From Candidatus Anoxymicrobiaceae bacterium (lineage in GTDB: Bacteria; Actinomycetota; Geothermincolia; Fen-727; Anoxymicrobiaceae): DNA of 64,000 bases. Where the stretch lies: assembly GCA_036845225.1 (NCBI GenBank), contig DAIUEJ010000010.1, positions 387 through 64,386 of the forward strand, given 5' to 3'. The notes below the pieces were generated by a model. That model searched no databases and was not told the DNA's origin. It saw nothing but the letters and a program-made list of their open reading frames with translations. Within the stretch, counting starts at the first letter, position 1; the number at the start of each line of letters is the position of its first letter. The position numbers were made by a program, and so were the translations under genes. Of this stretch, positions 55,391 through 64,000 are shown piece after piece.

Positions 55391-56671
55391 CTATTCGGTG
55401 GGCTCGGTGTCCTGCACGAGCCGCAGCCTCGCCGGCAGCCCGCCGGTCTTGATGCGCGCGATCCACGCGCTAGGGCCGTTTATCTCGTCGAGGGTCGGCA
55501 TCCTGTCCGCGTTCTCCCAGACCCGGTTCATGAACTCCAGGCCCTCGGCGTCCACGACCGCATCCACGAACTTCTGGCCGATCTTGTACTGTTCCAGCTT
55601 CAGGTTCAGGCCGATGAGCCTCTGGAAAAGCTTCTCGGCGCCGCTCTTGGAATCGCGTCGCCTGTCGAAGCGCTCTTTCATCTCCTCGTAGGACGGAAGG
55701 AGCTCCTTGCCGACCTGGTCCATCACGTGGTTCGAGTAGCCCTCCAGAACCGACATCACCGCCTGCAGCCTCGCGAGGATCGCCCTCTGCTCAGGGGTCA
55801 TGACCAGCGATATCAGGCCGCCCGCCTTGAGCGCGTCGCCCTCGCCGATGTTGCTCTGCCTCATCTTGCGGAAGAAGTCCGGCTTGGCGAGGGACCTCCA
55901 GTCGATGCTGTTCAGGTACTCCTGCATGGAGGCCATCATGAACGGCCGCAGCCAGCGATTGCTGTGGAACTCGAAGGAGTGGGTCACCTCGTGGAGGGTG
56001 ATCCACCTCCTGAACTCCATCGGCTCCATTCCCAACTCGCCGACGATGCGGCGCACGTTCGGCTCGACGACATACAGCTTGCCACCTTTCTCGGGCTCGG
56101 GGAGCGACAGGTCGAACTGCCCGAGGACGTTGCGCGACAGGTACCCGATGATGACGCCGACCTGAACGCTCAACAGGGTGCGCGCGACCTTCTGGGCGCC
56201 GCGCCCCGTGGGGATGCCCTGCTCCGTCTCGAGCTCCTCGAGCATCTTGATGTAGCGCTCAGATATCGGGTCGAAGAGGAACCGGAAGGACACGATGTTG
56301 GCATCGATCCAGTCCTCTTGCGTGAAGACCTCGACCCGTTCCGGGAGGTCGGACACCGCGAGCTTCGTGTAGTCGGCGACCTGCTTGTTCGAATCGCTCA
56401 GCATCTGCTGGTAGGCGGCGGTCATCGCCCCGGAGATCTCCTCGGGCCTGTCCCTCTGCAGCTCCAGGGTTGCGACCGCGATGTCCCGCACGTTGTCCCA
56501 CGAGATGAGGCCGGGCACCTGCGCCCGCATGGCTTTGCGGATGCCGCGGCCCAGCGGGGCGAAGTGCGCGACCTTCCGGGCGACGTTATCGATCGCGTTG
56601 AAGAGCGCTTCGAGAAATGTGGTGGGTTGGTCGGGCTCGGCGCCCTGGCCAGGGGGTTGTGGTTGCGCCAT
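55391..56671 (-). CDS. zincin-like metalloprotease (DUF2342-type, HExxH)
   Basis: Internal ATG (MAQPQPPGQG) of track ORF 55391..57064; ITLHEVTHSFEF HExxH motif. Confidence 0.55.
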   Translation of the reverse strand: MAQPQPPGQGAEPDQPTTFLEALFNAIDNVARKVAHFAPLGRGIRKAMRAQVPGLISWDNVRDIAVATLELQRDRPEEISGAMTAAYQQMLSDSNKQVADYTKLAVSDLPERVEVFTQEDWIDANIVSFRFLFDPISERYIKMLEELETEQGIPTGRGAQKVARTLLSVQVGVIIGYLSRNVLGQFDLSLPEPEKGGKLYVVEPNVRRIVGELGMEPMEFRRWITLHEVTHSFEFHSNRWLRPFMMASMQEYLNSIDWRSLAKPDFFRKMRQSNIGEGDALKAGGLISLVMTPEQRAILARLQAVMSVLEGYSNHVMDQVGKELLPSYEEMKERFDRRRDSKSGAEKLFQRLIGLNLKLEQYKIGQKFVDAVVDAEGLEFMNRVWENADRMPTLDEINGPSAWIARIKTGGLPARLRLVQDTEPTE

Positions 56672-56682
56672 CAGACAGTGAC

Positions 56683-57975
56683 CTACTTCCTCTTTTCCCA
56701 TTTCTCCAGGTACGCGACCTGGCTCAGGGTGCTTCCCCGGAGTATTTCCCCGCGAAGGCGGTTCTCCTTCTCGAGGACGTCCATGGCGCGGTTGGCGAAC
56801 TCTGCCGCCCGGGCCTTGGGGATTATTATCACGCCGTCGTCGTCTCCCACCGCCCAGTCGCCGGGGTGTATGCGCACGCCCGCGATCTTTATGGGGACGT
56901 TTATCTCCCCGAAACCCTTGGGCTCGCCCGCGGTGGGCATGATGAGCTTCGTGTAGACGGGGAAGCCCAGCTCGCGGATATCGGGAGTGTCGCGCACCGC
57001 GCCGTCGGCGACGACGCCGGCGACCTTGCGCTGGATGGCCGAGTGGGTGGCGAGCTCGCCCCACATCGCGGGGCCCTGCCCGCCCGCGTCGATCACTATC
57101 ACGTCGCCCTCGCCCGCGACGTCGATCGCCTCGACCGGCTTGGCCCAGTCACCAGGGTAGGTGCGCACGGTGACCACCGGGCCGACCATCTTGACCCCGT
57201 TCAACACCGGGCGTATTCCTTGCAGGTCGCCCGTCCTGTGCATCGCGTCCGAGATGTTCGCGGTCGAGACCATCTCGAGCGCCTCGCGGATGCTGGTCTC
57301 GTCGACACGCTTGTAGAGGGTGGTCGCTTTCGCCACCCCGGTGTCCATCGCTTCCTTGATCTCGGCCGCGGCCGCCCGCGCGTCGGCAGACTTGATGATC
57401 GCCCCGCCCACGATGATTATCATGGCCCCGTGCTGGACCGCGAGCGCCGCGGTCTCGGAGTTGACTCCACCCGCGCACGCGACCGGGATCTTCACCGCCT
57501 CCGCGACGCGCCCGAGGACCTCGAACGGGTCGCCTCCCACCATCTGGACGTCGATGGCGGTGTGCACGGCGATGTAGTTCGCGCCGGCGGCTTCCGCGGC
57601 CTTCGCGCGCTGGACCGGGTCGGCCACCTCTATCATGTCCACCACGATCTCCGCGCCATAGTTGTGCGCGGCGTCCACACATTCGGCGATTGTAGCGTCG
57701 GAAGACGCGCCCAGCACGTCGATGATGTTGGCGCCCGCCTTCGCTGCGGTCTCGACCTCGGTGCGCCCCGCGTCGATGGTCTTCATGTCGGCGATTATGG
57801 TGTGGTTGGGGAACGCCTGCCGCATAGCGCGCACGGCGTTGAGGCCCTCGCTCTTGATGAGCGGCGTGCCTATCTCTATCCAGTCGACGCCGCCCTCGAC
57901 GGCCTCGCGCGCGACCTCTATCGCGCGCTCGAGGTCCACGAAATCGAGCGCGACCTGCAATACCGGCTGGTCCAT
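56683..57975 (-). CDS. bifunctional 3-hexulose-6-phosphate synthase (OMPDC-fold) / RraA-like (DlpA/MenG-fold) fusion
   Basis: Start ATG 57975 (MDQPVLQVALDFVDL) after GAGGAG; HPS core IEIGTPLIKSEGLNAVRAMRQ...IADMKTIDAG; C-terminal VIVIDAGGQGPAMWGELATHSAIQRKVAGVVADGAVRD. Confidence 0.65.
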   Translation of the reverse strand: MDQPVLQVALDFVDLERAIEVAREAVEGGVDWIEIGTPLIKSEGLNAVRAMRQAFPNHTIIADMKTIDAGRTEVETAAKAGANIIDVLGASSDATIAECVDAAHNYGAEIVVDMIEVADPVQRAKAAEAAGANYIAVHTAIDVQMVGGDPFEVLGRVAEAVKIPVACAGGVNSETAALAVQHGAMIIIVGGAIIKSADARAAAAEIKEAMDTGVAKATTLYKRVDETSIREALEMVSTANISDAMHRTGDLQGIRPVLNGVKMVGPVVTVRTYPGDWAKPVEAIDVAGEGDVIVIDAGGQGPAMWGELATHSAIQRKVAGVVADGAVRDTPDIRELGFPVYTKLIMPTAGEPKGFGEINVPIKIAGVRIHPGDWAVGDDDGVIIIPKARAAEFANRAMDVLEKENRLRGEILRGSTLSQVAYLEKWEKRK

Positions 57976-58162
57976 GTTTCTCCTCGGGTTAAGGCCTGGG
58001 AACCGGGCTAACCGCCCGTGTGCAACCGCCCGAAAGGGCGTGGATAAGTATAGCACAGAGGTGGGTTTCAAACCCGTTCACAAAGGCCTCTCGAGGCCGG
58101 CCCTGCGTTGATGAAAGGGGCACCATCATCGCCTAGATGCAGTCCCGGGGCGAGGCTGTCCG

Positions 58163-58549
58163 CTAGCCCCGGCCGCGAAAGCTGCCCCATCTTCGCGGCC
58201 TGTCATAACCGCCGGCGCCGTAAGTGCGAAGCCATTCAAAATATGAAAATATCGCCGGTTCGCCGGAGATCTGGTTCTGCATCGAGTTCGCGGCGCGGAT
58301 GAGAGAAAGCAGGTTGTCATCTTCTCGTGATTCGCTCTTGTACCACGTCGGGTGTCCGCCTTTGAGGACAGCAAACTTCCTCGCCATGAGAGGCTCGGTG
58401 TGGAAGGCCACCGCGTAGGGCAGGAACCGGATGAGATCTTCATTCGGAGCATACCCTGGCGTGCCGGCGCCCCGGCAGCAGACTCTGTCCGACCAGCCGC
58501 CGATGGAATCACCTGTCGCCTGGCTCGTATGTTGTTCCATCCGCGCCAC
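58163..58549 (-). CDS. hypothetical protein (lower GC3 than neighbours)
   Basis: 128 aa ORF; many AT-ending codons; no family recognised. Confidence 0.3.
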   Translation of the reverse strand: MARMEQHTSQATGDSIGGWSDRVCCRGAGTPGYAPNEDLIRFLPYAVAFHTEPLMARKFAVLKGGHPTWYKSESREDDNLLSLIRAANSMQNQISGEPAIFSYFEWLRTYGAGGYDRPRRWGSFRGRG

Positions 58550-58611
58550 CCTGCCGTAGTCTGATTCACGGCCATCGTTTATGATTACCTTTATCCGATC
58601 GATTTGAGGAG

Positions 58612-59910
58612 ATGGGCATGGCGAACTCCACCGATCCTGTCAGAATAGGCCTGCTGGGCTGCGGCACCATCGGCTCCGGCGTGTTCCATCTGGTGAGGAA
58701 GAACGCCGCCGGGCTCGCCGAGGCTGCCGGCAGGCCGCTCGCCGTTGCCCGCATTCTCGTCAAGGACCCCGACGAGCCGCGCCCGTTCCCGGCTGACAGA
58801 TCCCTGATGACCACCGAGGCGTCGGAGGTGCTGGGCGACGACTCAATAGATATCTTCATCGAGGTGATGGGCGGCGTAAAGCCGGCGCGAGAGTTCGCGC
58901 TCGAGGCCCTCTCGCGCGGCAAGTCGTTCGTCACCGCGAACAAGGAGCTGGTCGCCTGGCACGGCCGCGAGCTCATGGAGGCGGCGGCCCGGACCAACGC
59001 GCACGTTCGCTTCGAGGCGGCAGTCGGCGGCGGGATACCGCTGATCAGGCCGCTGGAGGAGTCTCTCGGCGGAGACAACGTCATCAAGATGATGGGCATC
59101 GTCAACGGCACCACTAACTACATCCTGACGCGCATGAGCACTGAGGGAAGCGACTACTCGGAGGCTCTCGCCGAGGCGCAGGCCCTCGGGTACGCTGAGG
59201 CCGACCCGGAGGCCGACGTGGAAGGGACGGACGCCGCGAGCAAGCTCGCGATACTCTGCTCGATCGCGTTCCACGCCGGGGTGACCGCGGACCAGGTGTA
59301 CAGCGAAGGCATATCGCGCGTCCGCGCCGAGGACCTCGAGAACGCGCGAGAGCTCGGCTACGCAGTGAAGCTGCTCGCGATCGCCGAGCGCGACGAGGGC
59401 GGCATATCCGCGCGAGTTCACCCGACCATGATCCCGGCGGGCCATCCGCTCGCCTCCATCTCCGGCAACTTCAACGCGGTGTTCGTGATCGGCGAATCGG
59501 TCGGGGAGCTGATGTTCTACGGCCAGGGGGCCGGCTCGCTGCCGACCGCCACCGCCATCCTCGGCGACGTGGTCAACATCGCGCGAAGCCTGGGCAGGTC
59601 GCCGGTCTCGAGGCGTTCCTACTGGTCGAGGCCTGGCGAGGTGAGGTCTATCGAGGACGTGGCGACGCGCTTCTACATGGTGCTTAAAGTCGCCGACCGC
59701 CCCGGGGTGCTCGCGAAGATCGCGGGGATCTTCGGCGACAACAACGTCAGCCTCGAGAGCGTGGTACAGAAGGGGATCGGCGACAGGGCGGAGATCGTCC
59801 TCATCACTCACAAGGTGCTCGAGCGCGACTTCCGCACCGCGCGAGCCGGGCTCGAGAGCCTGGACGTTGTAGAGGAGATACCGAGCGTCATCCGGGTCGA
59901 GTCCGGCTGA
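58612..59910 (+). CDS. hom: homoserine dehydrogenase
   Basis: IGLLGCGTIGSGV NAD-binding motif, catalytic domain, C-terminal ACT domain. Confidence 0.85.
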   Translation: MGMANSTDPVRIGLLGCGTIGSGVFHLVRKNAAGLAEAAGRPLAVARILVKDPDEPRPFPADRSLMTTEASEVLGDDSIDIFIEVMGGVKPAREFALEALSRGKSFVTANKELVAWHGRELMEAAARTNAHVRFEAAVGGGIPLIRPLEESLGGDNVIKMMGIVNGTTNYILTRMSTEGSDYSEALAEAQALGYAEADPEADVEGTDAASKLAILCSIAFHAGVTADQVYSEGISRVRAEDLENARELGYAVKLLAIAERDEGGISARVHPTMIPAGHPLASISGNFNAVFVIGESVGELMFYGQGAGSLPTATAILGDVVNIARSLGRSPVSRRSYWSRPGEVRSIEDVATRFYMVLKVADRPGVLAKIAGIFGDNNVSLESVVQKGIGDRAEIVLITHKVLERDFRTARAGLESLDVVEEIPSVIRVESG

Positions 59911-59943
59911 GCGGCGACACGGTCCGTGGCATGAGGAGATAGC

Positions 59944-61017
59944 ATGATGCAGGTCTCGCCGCAGTGGCGCGGCGTCATAGAAGAGTACAGAGAATACCTG
60001 CCGGTGACCGAGGCGACACCCGTCGTCACCCTGCTGGAAGGCAACACGCCGTTGATACGCGCCTACGCGCTGTCGCTGCGGCTGGGCCTCGACGTCTATC
60101 TCAAGTACGAAGGCGTGAATCCCACCGGGTCTTTCAAGGACCGCGGCATGACCATGGCCATCAGCAAGGCACTGGAGGACGGCGCCTCCAACGTCATCTG
60201 CGCGTCCACTGGCAACACGAGCGCCTCGGCCGCCGCGTACGCGGCGAAGGCGGGCATCAACTGCATAGTGCTCATCCCGTCGGGGGCCATCGCGCTCGGC
60301 AAGCTCTCGCAGGCGTTGATGCACGGCGCGCAGGTGCTCGCGGTGAACGGCAATTTCGACGACGCTCTTCGGGTCGTACGCCAGATCGCCGACGAGAACC
60401 CCATAGTCCTCGTCAACAGCCTGAACCCGTTTCGCATCGAAGGGCAGAAGACCGGCGCCTTCGAGATATGCGACACGCTCGGCCGGGCGCCCGACGTCCA
60501 CGCGATCCCGGTCGGCAACGCCGGCAACATCACCGCCTACTGGAAGGGTTACCGCGAGTACCGCGACGCGGGCAAGGTCGATGCGCTGCCAAGGATGCTC
60601 GGCTTCCAGGCAGAAGGCGCCGCGCCGATCGTGCTGGGTCATCCGGTGGAGAAACCCGAGACCATCGCGACCGCGATCAGAATTGGCAACCCCGCCTCCT
60701 GGAAGAAAGCCGTCGCCGCGGCTGATGAGTCCGGGGGCTCGATCGACATGGTCACCGACCGGGAGATACTCGACGCATACCACCTGCTCGCCGCGGAGGA
60801 GGGCCTTTTTGTCGAGCCGGCGTCGGCGGCATCCGTGGCCGGGCTCATCAAGGCGCGCGAGGCGGGGCTCATCGAGGGAAAGCAGACCGCGGTCTGCATC
60901 CTGACCGGCCACGGCCTGAAGGACCCCGACAGGGCCATCGCCGAGTCTGAGGCCCCACCACTCATAGAGCCGACCGCGGACGACATCATGAAGGCGATAA
61001 CGGCGGCCCGGAGGTAG
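59944..61017 (+). CDS. thrC: threonine synthase
   Basis: [14 protein letters not shown]-lysine motif. Confidence 0.85.
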   Translation: MMQVSPQWRGVIEEYREYLPVTEATPVVTLLEGNTPLIRAYALSLRLGLDVYLKYEGVNPTGSFKDRGMTMAISKALEDGASNVICASTGNTSASAAAYAAKAGINCIVLIPSGAIALGKLSQALMHGAQVLAVNGNFDDALRVVRQIADENPIVLVNSLNPFRIEGQKTGAFEICDTLGRAPDVHAIPVGNAGNITAYWKGYREYRDAGKVDALPRMLGFQAEGAAPIVLGHPVEKPETIATAIRIGNPASWKKAVAAADESGGSIDMVTDREILDAYHLLAAEEGLFVEPASAASVAGLIKAREAGLIEGKQTAVCILTGHGLKDPDRAIAESEAPPLIEPTADDIMKAITAARR

Positions 61018-61018
61018 C

Positions 61019-62197
61019 ATGCGCGGACTCAAGATCGCCGTCCTGGTGCCCGACGGGGCGGCGGACGTGCCCCTCGACGTGCTGGACGGACAGACCCCTC
61101 TTGAGGCCGCGCGCATCCCGACCATGGACAGGGTGGCTCGCGTCGGTGTCACCGGGACCGCGGCCACCGTTCCGCCGGGCCTCCCGCCCGGAAGCGACGT
61201 CGCGAACCTGGCTCTCATGGGATACGATCCCGTAACGCACTACGGCGGACGTGCCCCCATCGAGGCCGCCAACCTCGGCATTGACATCCCTGAAGGATGG
61301 ACCGCGTTCCGCTGCAACCTGGTCTCAACTGACGGCACCGTCATGCTGGACTACAGCGGCGGCCACATACGCCAACCGGACACCGACCGCTCGATAGCGG
61401 CGCTGGAGGCGGCGCTGGGGGACGAGGAGACGCGGTTCTACCCCGGGCAATCCTACCGGAACATCCTGCTGCTTCGCGGCGACTATTCGGCCGTGCAGTG
61501 CACCCCGCCCCACGACATAACGGGCGAGCCGCTGGAGCCGCACCTGCCGAGGGGCGAGGGGGCCGAGCGCGTCAACGAACTGATGCGGCGTTCCCGAGCC
61601 GTCCTCGCGGGCCTCGAGGGAGTGCCCGCGGACGTGATATGGCTATGGGGCCAGGGCCACAAGATGGCGCTTGAGTCTTTCGAAGGACTGTACGGCATCA
61701 CCGGGATCGTCATCAGCGCGGTCGACCTCGTCTGCGGCATCGGCCGGCTCGCCGGCCTGAGGCCGCTGAGCGTCGAGGGGGCGACCGGCTACCTGGACAC
61801 CGACTACGCCGCAAAAGGCAGAGCCGCAATAGCGGCCCTCGAGGACGGCGACTTCGTCTTCGTCCACGTCGAGGCCCCTGACGAAGCCTCCCACGTCGGA
61901 GACGCCCTCGAGAAAGTCAGCGCCCTGGAGCGTTTCGACGAGAAAGTGGTGGGTCCGGTGTTCGCACACCTGGAGTCGCGGGGTGAACCTTACCGTCTGC
62001 TGGTGGCACCCGACCACCCGACCCTGATCAAGACGCGCACCCACGACGCTTCCCCGGTGCCCTATGCGGTCTGCGGCGCGGGAATCCCGCCGTCAGGCGC
62101 GACGGGGTTTTCTGAGGCCGAGGCGGCGCGGCACGGGCCGGCCTTCGCCGAGGGATGGCGCCTGATGGGAAGGCTGACCGACCCGGCCCCGTGGTAG
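61019..62197 (+). CDS. cofactor-independent phosphoglycerate mutase-like protein (ApgM family); predicted non-orthologous homoserine kinase in thr operon context
   Basis: 392 aa alkaline-phosphatase-superfamily fold (PDGAAD...HVEAPDEASH); starts 1 nt after the thrC stop. Confidence 0.65.
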   Translation: MRGLKIAVLVPDGAADVPLDVLDGQTPLEAARIPTMDRVARVGVTGTAATVPPGLPPGSDVANLALMGYDPVTHYGGRAPIEAANLGIDIPEGWTAFRCNLVSTDGTVMLDYSGGHIRQPDTDRSIAALEAALGDEETRFYPGQSYRNILLLRGDYSAVQCTPPHDITGEPLEPHLPRGEGAERVNELMRRSRAVLAGLEGVPADVIWLWGQGHKMALESFEGLYGITGIVISAVDLVCGIGRLAGLRPLSVEGATGYLDTDYAAKGRAAIAALEDGDFVFVHVEAPDEASHVGDALEKVSALERFDEKVVGPVFAHLESRGEPYRLLVAPDHPTLIKTRTHDASPVPYAVCGAGIPPSGATGFSEAEAARHGPAFAEGWRLMGRLTDPAPW

Positions 62198-62228
62198 AGT
62201 AGAAAAAAGGTGCCAGGCACCTTTCTTA
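62198..62228. terminator. repeat-family terminator (AAAAAAGGTGCCAGGCACCTTTCTT)
   Basis: Perfect AAAGGTGCC/GGCACCTTT complementarity directly after the TAG stop. Confidence 0.55.
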
Positions 62229-62248
62229 CACCAAGGAGGGATTCATCG

Positions 62249-63259
62249 ATGGACCCGGTCAACCAGGCCCCTGGCCTTCCCGTGCCGCCTTCGGCGGCAG
62301 CCCCCGTTCCACAGAAGAAGAGCTCGTCCGCCGTTGCGGGCTGGATCGTCGGGGCCATCGCCCTGGTCCTCGTGTTCCTGATGATCATGTTCGTGTGCGG
62401 GACGTGCTTCTTTGTGAGCCTGGTATTCCGCGGCGCCGGCTTCAACGGCAGAGGCGTCGGGCTCATCGAGATAACGGGCGTGCTGTCATCGGACTCGAGC
62501 GGCCTCACCGGAGGCACCACGTCGGCCTCGCTGGTCCAGCAACTCGAGGATGCCCGCACCAACAGCCGCATCAAGGCGGTCCTCCTCCGGATAGACAGCC
62601 CCGGGGGCACGCCCGCGGCGGCCCAGGAGGTGTACCAGGAGGTCAGGCGCACCATCAGGGAGAAGCCGGTCGTCGTCTCGGTGGGCGACGTCTGCGCGTC
62701 CGGGGCCTACTACATCGCGTCCGCGTCTTCACAGATCTTCTCCGAGCCCGACTCGGACGTCGGTAGCATAGGGGTCATCCTGGAGATCCCGAACGTGGAA
62801 GAGCTGGACCAGAAGATCGGGCTCCACTGGTTCGTCTTCACGCAGGGGCAGTACAAAGACATAGGCAGCCCACTGCGGCCGCCGACGCCGGCCGAACAGG
62901 CTATCCTGACCGAGCAGATGAGGGTCGCGTACGACCACTTCATCCGCGACGTGGCTGCAGGCAGGCACATGGAGGAAGCGAAGGTCCGCGACCTGGCGAC
63001 CGGGCTCACTTTCCCCGGGACACAGGCAAAAGAACTCGGGCTCATCGACTCCATCGGGAACTACCGGGATGCGGTCACCAGGGCGGGTAGGATGGGCGGC
63101 ATCAAAGGAGAGGTGCGCCTCATCCCGCTGCGAGCGCGAGGCCTGTTCTCTGTGTTCTCGGAGTTCATGACTTCTTTCAAGGATATAGCCAACAGCCTCA
63201 AGACGCTCATCAAGAGCAACGGCTTGAACAACGACAACTCGCCGCCGCAGATGAAGTAG
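62249..63259 (+). CDS. sppA: signal peptide peptidase SppA (S49 family, 36K type)
   Basis: N-terminal TM then S49 core (VVVSVGDVCASGAYYIASASSQIF, GSIGV); internal ATG of track ORF 62210..63259. Confidence 0.75.
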   Translation: MDPVNQAPGLPVPPSAAAPVPQKKSSSAVAGWIVGAIALVLVFLMIMFVCGTCFFVSLVFRGAGFNGRGVGLIEITGVLSSDSSGLTGGTTSASLVQQLEDARTNSRIKAVLLRIDSPGGTPAAAQEVYQEVRRTIREKPVVVSVGDVCASGAYYIASASSQIFSEPDSDVGSIGVILEIPNVEELDQKIGLHWFVFTQGQYKDIGSPLRPPTPAEQAILTEQMRVAYDHFIRDVAAGRHMEEAKVRDLATGLTFPGTQAKELGLIDSIGNYRDAVTRAGRMGGIKGEVRLIPLRARGLFSVFSEFMTSFKDIANSLKTLIKSNGLNNDNSPPQMK

Positions 63260-63889
63260 CCGGTGACGATCGACCGCTCGCGCGACCGTACAACGCGAAT
63301 CCTGCGACGTCCCATGTCACCAATTCCTCCGCGCCGGCGTTCTCGCCGCAACGCATCAGCGCACGCCCTGCACTATTGCTTTAGAAAACGTATGTGGGTA
63401 CAATGTGTGAGGTTTTAATCATCGAGAAGCTTCGCTGGCTCATTGATGGCATGCAGTTCAACAATCCCGATTCGTGGTCATAGAGACCGTTCTCCAAGAA
63501 GTGACTCCACAGAGCACTGGCAGAAGAGACCTCATGAACGGACCGGGTGATGTCAGGTGTCGTGCCTGGCGGGTCGCGAGTGGCGCCTCGGTGGCGCAGC
63601 GGGCCTGCTGACAGTCCGGCCCGGAACCCGTGCGAAGACTGGAATCGGAATCTTGATTGGAACAGGGGAGACGTCGACCTCACCTAGAATCCTTCGAGAG
63701 AAACCCACAGATCTTGAAGCTGTGGGTTGAGGCAGTCCGGCCCTCAGAGCCTTATCCGGTGAAACCATGGGAAGGGCTCGAACGCTGTAGATATAGCGGG
63801 AACAGACACATCAAGAGATTCGTGAAAGCGCTACCCGGGAGAATGTCTGTCAGACGATCACTGTCAGGTCGTTGCGAAAAGGAGGACCG

Positions 63890-64000
63890 TTGAGGCTGTT
63901 TATCGACACCGCGAATGTCGAGCATATCCGCGAGATCAACGACTGGGGGGTCCTGGAAGGGGTCACTACGAACCCCACGCTTGCCTGCAAGGAGAACCGC
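63890..64000 (+). CDS. tal: transaldolase / fructose-6-phosphate aldolase (5' part only)
   Basis: TTG after AAGGAGG; [31 protein letters not shown] matches the Tal/FSA N-terminus. Confidence 0.55.
   Translation, partial: MRLFIDTANVEHIREINDWGVLEGVTTNPTLACKENR

Noticed and set aside
6587-62217. Recurrent GGTGCCAGGCAC 12-mer as CRISPR repeats
   Set aside because: Copies are tens of kb apart, not regularly spaced with unique spacers, and each sits in a terminator context after a stop codon.
63260-63889. tRNA, tmRNA or RNase P RNA in the long intergenic region
   Set aside because: No GGTTCGAATCC-type T-arm, no tmRNA 3' end (..CCGCCTCCACCA) and no RNase P conserved blocks (AGGAAAGTCCGGGCTCC / ACAGAAA) were found by eye.

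Overview
High-GC (~65%) bacterial chromosomal window with dense coding on both strands. No rRNA, tRNA or CRISPR array was recognised. TTG and GTG starts are frequent. Gene content suggests an anaerobe: aldehyde ferredoxin oxidoreductase, an HdrD/GlcF-like Fe-S protein, two DUF362 proteins, polyferredoxins and a tungstate transporter. In order, the window holds: (1) the conserved rpsF-ssb-rpsR-rplI-dnaB block; (2) miscellaneous metabolic genes (activase-type ATPase, DUF362/4Fe-4S, MBL hydrolase, GTP-PEPCK, tungsten-type AOR); (3) a secreted M23 peptidase fused to a large multi-TM domain with a small membrane protein downstream; (4) an accessory-looking ~16 kb region (24.2-39.9 kb) containing a split Tad/Flp-like pilus locus. 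That locus comprises a flp pilin, an A24 prepilin peptidase, TadE-like and TadG-like pseudopilins (the latter fused to an NlpC/P60 peptidase), TadB/TadC platform proteins, a CpaF ATPase, a CpaE with a degenerate Walker A, and two convergent PilB/GspE-type ATPases. It is interrupted by capA, a GlsB-like gene, a decayed tandem paralog pair carrying an IS630-like transposase fragment, and a single-ORF sigma/anti-sigma/TolB-propeller fusion; (5) an ECF sigma factor followed by a 1037-aa anti-sigma-like membrane protein with about 25 tandem 23-residue repeats; (6) a tandem putative Moco/Tuco riboswitch controlling a tupABC-moeA-moeA(PBP fusion)-moaA-moaC-MOSC-mog cofactor island; (7) an HPS-RraA fusion, a zincin-like peptidase, hom-thrC-apgM-like (non-orthologous homoserine kinase context), sppA and the start of a transaldolase. 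A recurring intergenic hairpin family (core GGTGCCAGGCAC, variant with AAAAAGTGTAAAAC) sits immediately after stop codons at five sites. Coordinates derived from my own counting may be off by about 1 nt; ORF-track coordinates were used wherever possible.
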